Assembly: GCA_052390235.1 (NCBI GenBank)
Contig: JBQTHB010000005.1
Span: 416,001 to 480,000, forward strand
Source: Deltaproteobacteria bacterium
GTDB taxonomy: Bacteria > Desulfobacterota_D > UBA1144 > Nemesobacterales > CSP1-2
Direction: 5' to 3'
DNA: 64,000 nucleotides
Of the stretch, positions 42,726 to 52,076 are shown in pieces; the first letter of the stretch is position 1; every line of letters begins with the position of its first letter. The notes beneath the pieces were generated by a model. It was given only the letters and a program-made list of their open reading frames with translations. It was not told the origin of the DNA and made no database searches. Made by a program: the position numbers and the translations under genes.

Positions 42726-44147
42726 ATGACACAACAAGCAGAACTTATTCCAACAGAGAGACAAATCTTGCACAGCCGACTGGCAGACAGGTTGGAGACT
42801 GCTTACCATCTTAACCGAAAAGTCGTTAGTTTTCAGGCGAACAAAGACGAGCCAATCTATCGTTGGTTCAAATACAAAGAAGGCTTTTCTTCAACACTCG
42901 TAAAATACTTTCTGACCGAATACGCAAAAAAGTCTGGCAAACTTTTAGACCCATTTGCCGGAGCAGGCACGACACTTTTTGCCGGACAGGAACTTGGTTG
43001 GAAATCTTACGGAGTTGAGATTCTTCCAGTGGGTGTTTTTGTAATGGAGACAAGAGAAGCACTAAACGACATTGATATTGATAAACTTCGTTCAACAGTA
43101 AAAAACCTTTGGACGGAGCTTGCAAAGATTGAGAACTACGAAACTCATATCAACCACATTTCAATTACAAAAGATGCTTTCGCTGATGAAACAGAAATTC
43201 TTCTAAATAAATTTTTGAGCTACTGCTCAAAAATTAAAGACAGAAAAACGCAAACCGTTTTACGGTTTGCTGCTTTCTCCGTCTTAGAGGAAATCAGTTT
43301 CACCCGAAAGGACGGACAGTATTTGCGGTGGGATTATCGTTCAAAGAGAAATCTTCCGGGTAAACCTTTTGACATCGGAAAAATTTATTCGTTTGAAGAG
43401 GCGATGAACAGAAAACTTTCTCAAATAATTTCCGACTTGTCGGGCAACACGACCAACAGTTTGTTTGAAGCACTGGAAAGCAAACCTGCTGTTCAGCATC
43501 CAGTAAAAATTATTGAAGGTTCATGTTTGGAAGAACTTCCAAAAATTGAAGATGAGTTTTTTGATTGCATTGTTACATCACCACCTTACTGCAATCGCTA
43601 CGATTACACACGGACTTATGCGTTGGAGTTAGTTTTTCTCGGCAACGACAACGACCATGTTCGCAATTTACGACAGTCAATGTTGTCTTGCACGGTTGAG
43701 AACAAAGAGAAGGTGAATCAACTACAAAAGTTTTACGCTTCAATTGGCAAACAAAAAACTTTTGACCGAGTGCGTGAAGTTTACAAAAACTCTAACGCAA
43801 TGACAGAAGTAAATTCAGTTCTTGACGGGTTGAACAAGTTGGAGAAACTCAACAACAACATCGCTAGAATGGTGAAGAATTATTTTCTTGAAATGTGTTT
43901 TGTGATTTACGAGATGGCACGAATTACTAAGAGTGGTGGACATTGCGTGATGGTGAATGACAATGTTCGCTATGGTGGAGAAGAAATTCCAGTTGACTTA
44001 ATCCTATCCGAGTTTGCAGAAAACTTCGGTTTCAATATCAATAAAATTTTTGTGTTACCCAGAGGCAAAGGCAACAGCAGTCAGCAAATGGGTAACTATG
44101 GACGAACCGAAGTCCGCAAATGTGTTTACCTATGGCAAAAAAGATAA
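42726..44147 (+). CDS. N4-cytosine DNA methyltransferase, partner of a BsoBI/AvaI-type endonuclease
   Basis: RWFKYKEGFS, LDPFAGAGTT (motif I), VTSPPY (motif IV), RGKGNSSQQMG. Confidence 0.88.
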   Translation: MTQQAELIPTERQILHSRLADRLETAYHLNRKVVSFQANKDEPIYRWFKYKEGFSSTLVKYFLTEYAKKSGKLLDPFAGAGTTLFAGQELGWKSYGVEILPVGVFVMETREALNDIDIDKLRSTVKNLWTELAKIENYETHINHISITKDAFADETEILLNKFLSYCSKIKDRKTQTVLRFAAFSVLEEISFTRKDGQYLRWDYRSKRNLPGKPFDIGKIYSFEEAMNRKLSQIISDLSGNTTNSLFEALESKPAVQHPVKIIEGSCLEELPKIEDEFFDCIVTSPPYCNRYDYTRTYALELVFLGNDNDHVRNLRQSMLSCTVENKEKVNQLQKFYASIGKQKTFDRVREVYKNSNAMTEVNSVLDGLNKLEKLNNNIARMVKNYFLEMCFVIYEMARITKSGGHCVMVNDNVRYGGEEIPVDLILSEFAENFGFNINKIFVLPRGKGNSSQQMGNYGRTEVRKCVYLWQKR

Positions 44148-45098
44148 TCGCAAATTCACTCATTAAATCCGCTGACGATTTAGTTACATCAAGAGAAGAC
44201 ACCAGAGCAGGTTTTATCGCAATGGCATTGGAGAAAAATTACATTGCGGTTCCTTACATTGAAGAAGCCAAAGCATTGAAAGCACTTGCTTCGCAAGTGA
44301 AAAAACCGAAAGACCTTTTACAGGTAAAGGATTTACGTGTTGGTTTGCTCACTGCTTCAGGACTTTCTGACAAGTCATTGAACTATTTGAATGATGACGA
44401 CAGAGTTGTTGCAATCAAAGGGCTTATTGACAAATTCCTTGAGCCAGCCGGAGAAGTTTTCATTGACGAATTAGTTTACCGTTATCTATTGACCAAAGGC
44501 GATGCACTCGGAGGCAAAGCAAGAAACCTTGCCGGTTCTCTTGGTGAACGAAAATTTCTGCGTTCACTCATTTCGGTTTTCAACCTTTCAGGCATCAACT
44601 ACAAGTGGAAAGACAACGACACAAAACACTTGGCTTGATAAACCGCAAGACGATACCGACATTGAGAAACGCATCAAAGCAATCTATTGGAGAAAGAAAC
44701 AAGACCGCTTGATGATACTCAACACCAATGTTCCATTGGTAAATAAAAATGTTGACCTTTCAATTTTTCAAGGCAAAGTTGAAGACCTGAAAAGCGGAAA
44801 GCAATCCATCATTCATCAACCGGACAAATACATTGCGTTGGGAGAATTGAAAGGGGGTATTGACCCGGCAGGTGCAGACGAACATTGGAAAACTGCAGAC
44901 TCTGCACTCAACAGAATACGGACAAGTTTTGACAAGAAGAAATTGAAGCCACAAACATTTTTTGTTGGTGCAGCTATTGAAAACGCAATGGCAATTGAGA
45001 TTTACAAACAACTCCAAACAGGGACAATGAACAATGCAGCAAACTTGACAAGTGACGGACAACTGATCGCTGTCTGTGAGTGGGTAATAAACTTGTAA
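44132..45098 (+). pseudogene. Type II restriction endonuclease, BsoBI/AvaI family, frameshifted
   Basis: GDALGG..RN, KNVDL, ALGELKGGIDPAGADEHWKTA. An extra A in the run at 44623-44626 splits it into two ORFs. Confidence 0.88.
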
Positions 45099-45132
45099 CG
45101 ACAGTGTATTGCAGACGGAGAAGCACTTCCGG

Positions 45133-45258
45133 TAACATGGGCTTAGCGAAAGTGGCGGTTCAGTGCTTAACCGAACATTTGTCCTTCTATTCAAGTGCAG
45201 TGCTGGCAGAAAGTTTTGTGCTTCGTATTCGCCACCTTCGCCAAGCCCCGAACCGTTA
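45133..45258 (+). repeat. Intact attC-like element 6 (126 bp)
   Basis: TAAC-A-TGGGCTTAGCGAAAGTGGCG...CGCCACCTTCGCCAAGCCCC-GAACC-GTTA. Confidence 0.9.
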
Positions 45259-45286
45259 GCTGTGATCATACAGACACCAGACATCA

Positions 45287-46585
45287 ATGAGTAAATCGAC
45301 CGCAATAGAATTAACAAAAATCCCAAAGGACAAAGACTACGAGGATTACTTATGTGCCTTTTTGCAGGCAGGTGGACTTTATGTTGAAAGAAGTATTATT
45401 CATAGAGAAGTTGAAGAGCTTTTAGAACTCGCCATTTTGACAACTGATTTTCAGCAGGACAGTGCAACAAATAATTTAATAGAAATAAAAGGTGGCGACT
45501 GGGGATTTAGCGATATATTTAAAATTAGAGGTTGGCTGACATACTTGAATTATGAAAGTGGAAGTTTTATAGTTCAAAAATCAAGACCAAGCATAAGCTA
45601 CTTTCAGGACAAAGCAAAGGAGTTAAGCATAGACTTAATTGACAATTCTGACTTGAACACAACAAAAGAAACGCTTAAACATTTTCTACGACTTGAACCA
45701 CATAAAGCTGATATTGAAACAATAAGATTTGCTTACCTTTTAGAACGAAAGCAACTTCAAAAAATAAAAAACTTAAAGAAAAGTAATTCTGGTTTTGTTA
45801 GCTATGCCGAACTTGATGACTACTTTTTCAAAATAAACAGCGGTTCATTTTTTTCAAGAGACCCAATAAGAAGAATTAACCAACTTTTTGGCGTTTTCAT
45901 TAAATATAAAAATATAACAGCCAAGATATGCAACGAACTTGGGGGTGGCGACTTTGATGATGATGATGTTTCAGAACTTACAGGAGAATGCTTTAAAGAC
46001 ACTTTCTACAAAGCAAATGACTCAATTTTACAAGTTTCATTATATGTCGAGCATATTGCAAGAATTACAGTATTAAAATGTGCAATTGAACATTTAATTG
46101 ACAAACTCAAAGGTAACTACAAAGCCACAGATTTAACAGACCAACTAAATTACTTGACATTACCCAACACAATAAAGACGGGACTAAATTTAATAATCAA
46201 AGACAAATATTTTCATTTATATCCAAGGTTTTGGCAATATTTTACCTATGTATTTGGTGGTTTCATTCTGACAGACATTCGAGAAAAAGAATACGAGTTA
46301 TTATCCCAAAAGACAGGAATACCAGTTGAAGAAATACCAAACGCTTTTGATGCATTTAATAAGCTGTTTCCTCGGAATGGTGGTTGGTTTTTCAAATTCC
46401 CCAAATCGTCAATTGAATGGCATAACTTTTTTCCTATTGCATTTTCAGGACTTGGGGCCAATTACAGACGTCTAATTTATACAAACGATGGTGACTATGA
46501 CGAATTATATAAAATACTATCATCAGATATGACAGCAGCAGACTTATCGAAATGGAACAACTTAGCATACAACATACTAAAATAA
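45287..46585 (+). CDS. Hypothetical protein with a PD-(D/E)xK-like N-terminus
   Basis: 432 aa. YEDYL...ELLELAIL...LIEIKGGDW resembles a restriction-endonuclease-like core. Confidence 0.65.
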   Translation: MSKSTAIELTKIPKDKDYEDYLCAFLQAGGLYVERSIIHREVEELLELAILTTDFQQDSATNNLIEIKGGDWGFSDIFKIRGWLTYLNYESGSFIVQKSRPSISYFQDKAKELSIDLIDNSDLNTTKETLKHFLRLEPHKADIETIRFAYLLERKQLQKIKNLKKSNSGFVSYAELDDYFFKINSGSFFSRDPIRRINQLFGVFIKYKNITAKICNELGGGDFDDDDVSELTGECFKDTFYKANDSILQVSLYVEHIARITVLKCAIEHLIDKLKGNYKATDLTDQLNYLTLPNTIKTGLNLIIKDKYFHLYPRFWQYFTYVFGGFILTDIREKEYELLSQKTGIPVEEIPNAFDAFNKLFPRNGGWFFKFPKSSIEWHNFFPIAFSGLGANYRRLIYTNDGDYDELYKILSSDMTAADLSKWNNLAYNILK

Positions 46586-46592
46586 CCACAGC

Positions 46593-46718
46593 TAACAGCG
46601 GCTTTGTGCAATGGCGGGTGACGCGCTTCTATGACACTTTTGTGCTTAATCAAACTTTAGTTTTTCAAATCAAGTTTTGCGCTAAAAACCCGCCACTACG
46701 CAAAGCCGCAAACCGTTA
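46593..46718 (+). repeat. Intact attC-like element 7 (126 bp)
   Basis: TAAC-A-GCGGCTTTGTGCAATGGCGGGT...ACCCGCCACTACGCAAAGCCGC-AAACC-GTTA. Confidence 0.92.
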
Positions 46719-46762
46719 CCTACAAACGTAAAAAAACAAATAAACATAAAAGAGAAAGAAAA

Positions 46763-47423
46763 ATGATGGAAAAAGTAATAAAAAAGGTAGCCAATTTAAT
46801 AGGTAATTCTATTTTATTGCCTTACATCTCAAACGATGAAACCTCCGCAATAGCAATTGGCGCGATGTTGTCTAAACAGCAATATTCAATGAATTCCAAT
46901 AATATTAATGATTATGAGTTCAAGATATTTAGTCAGTTTGGCGATGACGGAATTATTCAATATTTGATAAAAAATGTAGAAATAAAGAATGAAATTTTCA
47001 TAGAGTTTGGCGTTGAAAATTATCTTGAATCAAACACACGGTTCTTGTTGATGAACAACAACTGGTCTGGATTTGTTATGGATGGTTCTGCTGAAGCAAT
47101 GAATAGTCTTAAAAATCAGAATTGGTATTAGAAATACTGTTTAACTCAGAAAGCTGTTTTTATTGACAAAGACAATATCAACGAGTTGTTAGAAAGCACG
47201 GGCTTCTCTAACATTGCGCTACTACATATAGACATTGACGGAAATGATTACCATATATTAAAGGAAATTGATTTGTCTAAATTGGATCCGGCAATAATAA
47301 TTATGGAATACAACAGTGTTTTTGGAAAAGATAGAAAAATTACGGTTCCCTATGACAGAAGTTTTGTTAGAACAAAAGCGCATTTTAGTAATTAATTTTT
47401 TGGAGCTTCCCTGCCAGCACTTA
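46763..47423 (+). pseudogene. FkbM-like methyltransferase-fold gene with two nonsense stops and a 3' truncation
   Basis: FSQFGDDGII, FIEFGVENY.ESNTR, LLHIDIDGNDY, EYNS.FG. In-frame TAG (47129) and TAA (47393), frame breaks off after GASLPAL. Confidence 0.7.
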
Positions 47424-47546
47424 TAGAAAACCAGCCCCAAAAATGGCACATTTGGTTTTGCCCGACACACCAATGACATTTGTGCCAAGAACAAGCATTT
47501 TTTTACGTATTTTGACCTACAATAATTTAATACTGAATAATTCATA

Positions 47547-49091
47547 ATGACCGATATAAAGAACTTAGAAAAAACCCTGTGGACAGCAGCCGACAAGATG
47601 CGGAGCAATATGGATGCTGCCGAATACAAACACGTTGTGTTGGGGCTTATTTTCTTAAAATATATTTCAGACGCTTTCAGCGAGTTGTATGACAAGATGC
47701 AAGAAGGCAAAGGCGAATACGAAGGTGCAAACCCCGAAGATGCTGACGAATACTTGGCTCACAACATTTTCTTTGTTCCCGAAAAAGCCCGTTGGCAATT
47801 TCTGCAAGACAGAGCCAAACAACCCACCATCGGCAAACTGATTGACGAAGCAATGGATGCCATTGAAAAACAGAACAGCAGTTTGAAAGGTGTGTTGCCA
47901 AAAATTTATGCCGACCCCGAACTGAACAAACAACGCCTTGGCGAACTCATTGACCTGATTGGAACCATTGGCTTTAACCAAAAAGGACACGTTGCCAAAG
48001 ACCTTTTGGGCAGAGTGTATGAATATTTCTTAGGGCAGTTTGCCGATGCAGAAGGCAAAAAAGGCGGACAGTTTTACACACCTGAAAGCATTGTAAAACT
48101 ATTGGTGCAAATGCTTGAACCTTTCAACGGCAGGGTGTATGACGGCTGTTGCGGAAGCGGTGGAATGTTTGTGCAAAGCGAAAAGTTTGTAGAAGAACAT
48201 CAGGGCAATATCAAAGACCTTTCTATTTACGGACAGGAAAGCAACCCAACCACTTTGCGACTGGCAAAAATGAACCTTGCCATTCGTCGCATTGATGCAA
48301 AGATTGAATTGGGCGACACTTTTTTGGACGACAAACACAAAGACCTGAAAGCCGATTTTATTTTGGCTAATCCACCGTTTAACATCAGCGACTGGAGTGG
48401 CGAACAACTGCGTGACGACATACGCTGGAAATACGGTGTGCCACCCACAGGCAATGCCAACTACGCTTGGTTGCAACACTTCATTCACAAACTTAGCCCC
48501 AACGGAACGGCAGGTATTGTGTTGGCAAACGGCAGTATGAACAGCAACACAGGCAACGAAGGTGAAATACGCAAAAACCTGATTGAAGCTGGACTGATTG
48601 ATTGTATGGTGAGTTTACCTGCACAGTTGTTTTTCAATACACAAATACCTGCTTGCCTTTGGTTTTTGGCTCGAAACAAAACCAACGGAAAATTTAGAAA
48701 CCGCAGCAACGAAATACTATTTATTGACGGCAGAAAATTAGGTGTGCTGATAAACCGCAGAAACAAAGAACTGACCGAAAAAGACCTGAAACAAATTGCC
48801 GACACTTACCACAACTGGCGAAACCTGCCTGACCGGCAGGCAGGCCCAAAAGGCAAATACCAAGACATTGACGGCTTTTGCAAAAGTGCCAGCATTGAAG
48901 AAGTAAAAAAGAACAACTACATACTAATGCCCGGAAAGTATGTAGGCACCGAAGAAGAAGAAAGTGACGGAATATTATTTGAAGATAAAATGCAAACCTT
49001 AACGGCTGCATTGGCAGAGCAATTTGCCAAACGAAACGATTTAGAAAAAACCATCCGCAAAAACTTAAAAGGAATTGGATATGATTTTTAA
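47547..49091 (+). CDS. hsdM: Type I R-M methyltransferase subunit
   Basis: [40 protein letters not shown]. Confidence 0.96.
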   Translation: MTDIKNLEKTLWTAADKMRSNMDAAEYKHVVLGLIFLKYISDAFSELYDKMQEGKGEYEGANPEDADEYLAHNIFFVPEKARWQFLQDRAKQPTIGKLIDEAMDAIEKQNSSLKGVLPKIYADPELNKQRLGELIDLIGTIGFNQKGHVAKDLLGRVYEYFLGQFADAEGKKGGQFYTPESIVKLLVQMLEPFNGRVYDGCCGSGGMFVQSEKFVEEHQGNIKDLSIYGQESNPTTLRLAKMNLAIRRIDAKIELGDTFLDDKHKDLKADFILANPPFNISDWSGEQLRDDIRWKYGVPPTGNANYAWLQHFIHKLSPNGTAGIVLANGSMNSNTGNEGEIRKNLIEAGLIDCMVSLPAQLFFNTQIPACLWFLARNKTNGKFRNRSNEILFIDGRKLGVLINRRNKELTEKDLKQIADTYHNWRNLPDRQAGPKGKYQDIDGFCKSASIEEVKKNNYILMPGKYVGTEEEESDGILFEDKMQTLTAALAEQFAKRNDLEKTIRKNLKGIGYDF

Positions 49092-50262
49092 CGAATGGAA
49101 AAAATATAGCTTAGAAAATATTTGTGAGCAGGTTCGGAACGGATATACACCGAACGGCTCTGATAATTTGGCTTATATCGGACTTGAACATATTGAGCAG
49201 CAAACTTTGAGGTTGCTTGGAATAGGAAAATCATCTGATATAACAAGCAATAAATTCAAGTTTGAAAGCGGTGATATTTTGTTTGGCAAATTGAGACCCT
49301 ATTTTAGAAAAGTCTATCGTCCTAAATTTTCTGGAATTTGTTCAACCGATATTTCGGTTTTTCGAGCAAGGAAAAATTTTGAAACAGGATTTCTTTTCTA
49401 TTTGGTAGCTTCAAAAGATTTTATTGACTATGCCAATGCTGTGAGTTCGGGAACAAGGATGCCAAGAGCAGATTGGAACTTGCTGAAAAATTCCGAATGG
49501 TCAATTCCTAATCTTCTCACCCAACAACGCATTGCATCTATTCTTTCCAGTTTAGACGATGCCATAGAACTTAACCAACAAATCAATAAAACGCTGGAAG
49601 ACATGGCAAAAGCCATTTTCAAAGAATGGTTTGTTGATTTTAATTTCCCCAATGCCATAGGCAAATTTCAGGAAACCGAAATCGGTAAAATCCCTGTTGG
49701 GTGGAAGGTGGGGAAATTATCTGATGGCTTCGATATAACTATGGGGCAATCACCGCCAGGGGATAGCTACAATGAAGAAAATATTGGAACACCTTTTTTT
49801 CAGGGAAGAACTGACTTTGAATTTCGCTTTCCTTCAAATAGAATATATACAACACAACCGAAAAGATTTGCGAAGAAATTAGATACTTTGGTTAGTGTTA
49901 GAGCACCAGTTGGTGATATGAACATTGCAAGTGAAGATTGCTGCATTGGAAGGGGTTTAGCCGCAGTCATTCATAAAAATGGCAATGCATCTTTTACTTA
50001 CTATTTTTTGAATTCATTGGTTGAAAAATTCAAAATGTTTGAAGGAACAGGAACTGTATTTGGTTCTATAAATAAAACCGATTTTGAAAATATGGTTTGC
50101 ATCTATTCAACAATAGAATTGATTGATGAGTTTGAGAGAATTTGCAGTTCATTTGATGAGCAGATATACAACAACGAAAAAGAAAACCAATCCCTAATCA
50201 ACCTGCGTGATACTTTGCTTCCAAAGTTGATGAAGGGAGAAATAGCGTTAAGTGAAAAGTGA
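49081..50262 (+). CDS. hsdS: Type I R-M specificity subunit
   Basis: Two TRDs with conserved [15 protein letters not shown] and [13 protein letters not shown] segments. Confidence 0.95.
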   Translation: MIFNEWKKYSLENICEQVRNGYTPNGSDNLAYIGLEHIEQQTLRLLGIGKSSDITSNKFKFESGDILFGKLRPYFRKVYRPKFSGICSTDISVFRARKNFETGFLFYLVASKDFIDYANAVSSGTRMPRADWNLLKNSEWSIPNLLTQQRIASILSSLDDAIELNQQINKTLEDMAKAIFKEWFVDFNFPNAIGKFQETEIGKIPVGWKVGKLSDGFDITMGQSPPGDSYNEENIGTPFFQGRTDFEFRFPSNRIYTTQPKRFAKKLDTLVSVRAPVGDMNIASEDCCIGRGLAAVIHKNGNASFTYYFLNSLVEKFKMFEGTGTVFGSINKTDFENMVCIYSTIELIDEFERICSSFDEQIYNNEKENQSLINLRDTLLPKLMKGEIALSEK

Positions 50263-50282
50263 AAAACTAAAAGTGAAAAGTT

Positions 50283-50629
50283 ATGGGGAAGTCCATTTTA
50301 AAAGATAAGAGTTATGCATGTGCAATTAGGGTTGTAAAGATGTCGCAGTATTTGGTTAATGAGAAAAAGGAATATGTATTGAGCAAACAAGTTCTAAGAA
50401 GCGGCACTGCGGTTGTTGCTTTAATTCGAGAAGCAGAATTTGGACAAAGCAAAGCCGATTTTACGAGTACAATGAACATCGCTTTAAAAGCAGCTACTGA
50501 AACAGAGGATTGGCTAACCATTTTAAAAGACACAGATTATATAGATGAAAGCTATTCAATAGCTTACAAACTGATTGTAAAGAATTGATAGCAATGTTAG
50601 TATCGACAGTAAAAACAAGCAAACAATGA
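50283..50629 (+). pseudogene. Four-helix-bundle protein (23S rRNA IVS-protein family), frameshifted copy
   Basis: Paralogue of 51692-52036. A 1-nt deletion near 50549, when restored, gives ...DEKLFNSLQTDCKELIAMLVSTVKTSKQ* ending at 50629. Confidence 0.8.
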
Positions 50630-50673
50630 CAAGAACTTTTCACGTATCACTTTTAGTTTTTAACTTTTGAGTA

Positions 50674-51714
50674 ATGGCTGAAAATAAAAATAATTCATCG
50701 GACATCATTCTTTACAGTTCTCCCGAAGGAAGCATTAAGGTAGAAGTTGTTTATTCGGGCGAAACATTTTGGCTTTCCCAAAAACGTATTGCTGAACTTT
50801 TTGGCGTGGAAGTGCCGGCCGTGAGCAAGCACCTTGCAAACATCTTTGAATCAGGCGAATTGGTACAGGATGCAACTGTTTCCATTTTGGAAATAGTTCA
50901 ACAGGAAGGCAGCCGAAACGTAACCCGCAAAATGGAGTTTTATAATCTGGACGCCATAATTGCCGTGGGTTACCGGGTAAACAGCCGTCAGGCAACACAG
51001 TTCCGTATTTGGGCAACCCAAACGCTTAGGGAGTTTATCATCAAAGGTTTTGTGCTGGACGATGAACGCTTGAAACAAGGCAAACGCTTTGGCAAAGATT
51101 ACTTCGATGAACTCTTAGAACGTATTCGGGAAATACGCGCAAGTGAAAGGCGTTTTTACCAAAAGATTACCGACATCTACGAGCAGTGTAGCATTGACTA
51201 CAATAAAGAAGCAGATATTACTCAAACCTTTTTTAAAACCGTTCAGAACAAACTGCATTGGGCTATAACAGGTAAAACCGCAGCACAAATCATTGCCGAA
51301 AGAGCCAAAGTATCGGAATCCAATATGGGATTGCAAACATGGAAAAATGCTCCCAAAGGCAAGATTTTGAAAACCGATGTGAGCATTGCCAAAAATTACC
51401 TGATTGAAAAAGAAATAAAAGAATTGGAGAGAGTTGTATCCATGTATCTGGACTATGCCGAAAATCAGGCAGCAAGGCAAATACCCATGAAGATGGGTGA
51501 TTGGGTAGAAAAAATTGATGCCTTCCTGCAATTCAACGAATACAAAATTTTGAAAGATGCAGGCAAAGTAAGCCATGAAATAGCAAAATCATTAGCCGAA
51601 AAGGAATTTGAGAAATTTAGGGTTGTGCAGGACAAGAATTTTGAAAGTGACTTTGATAAGCAAGTGAAAAGTTTACAACGAAAAACTAAAAATGAAAAAT
51701 CCCCTAAGAGATAA
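50674..51714 (+). CDS. RhuM-family (virulence protein-like) DNA-binding protein
   Basis: WLSQKRIAELFGV, YNLDAIIAVGYRVNS..ATQFRIWA, DYFDELLERIREIRASERRFYQKI. Confidence 0.9.
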   Translation: MAENKNNSSDIILYSSPEGSIKVEVVYSGETFWLSQKRIAELFGVEVPAVSKHLANIFESGELVQDATVSILEIVQQEGSRNVTRKMEFYNLDAIIAVGYRVNSRQATQFRIWATQTLREFIIKGFVLDDERLKQGKRFGKDYFDELLERIREIRASERRFYQKITDIYEQCSIDYNKEADITQTFFKTVQNKLHWAITGKTAAQIIAERAKVSESNMGLQTWKNAPKGKILKTDVSIAKNYLIEKEIKELERVVSMYLDYAENQAARQIPMKMGDWVEKIDAFLQFNEYKILKDAGKVSHEIAKSLAEKEFEKFRVVQDKNFESDFDKQVKSLQRKTKNEKSPKR

Positions 51715-52036
51715 AAGTTATGCTTTTGCCATAAGGATTGTGAAGCTGTCGCAGTATTTGGTGAATGAGAAAAAGGAATATGTTTTGAGTAAACAGGTAT
51801 TGAGAAGCGGAACAGCAATCGGAGCATTAATTCGAGAAGCAGAGTTTGGGCAAAGCAAAGCAGATTTTGTAAGCAAGATGAGCATTTCACTCAAGGAAGC
51901 AAACGAAACTGAATATTGGTTATCCATTTTAAAAGACTCTGAGTATATTGATGAACAGTTATTCAATAGTTTGCAAAACGATTGCAAGGAGCTTATCGAT
52001 ATGTTAGTTTCATCTGTAAAAACTGCCAAAAAATGA
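51692..52036 (+). CDS. Four-helix-bundle protein (23S rRNA IVS-protein family)
   Basis: [26 protein letters not shown]...[17 protein letters not shown]. Confidence 0.9.
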   Translation: MKNPLRDKSYAFAIRIVKLSQYLVNEKKEYVLSKQVLRSGTAIGALIREAEFGQSKADFVSKMSISLKEANETEYWLSILKDSEYIDEQLFNSLQNDCKELIDMLVSSVKTAKK

Positions 52037-52076
52037 CCTACAACTTTTCACGTCTCACTTTTTATTTTTCACTTCA

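Noticed and set aside
44623..44626. Programmed frameshift or phase variation in the BsoBI-like gene
   Set aside because: Only an A4 run, too short for a typical slippage tract. Neighbouring lesions point to decay, though a sequencing error is not excluded.
50283..52036. Diversity-generating retroelement (Avd-like four-helix bundles, duplicated sequence)
   Set aside because: No reverse transcriptase in the window, and differences between the copies are not adenine-specific.
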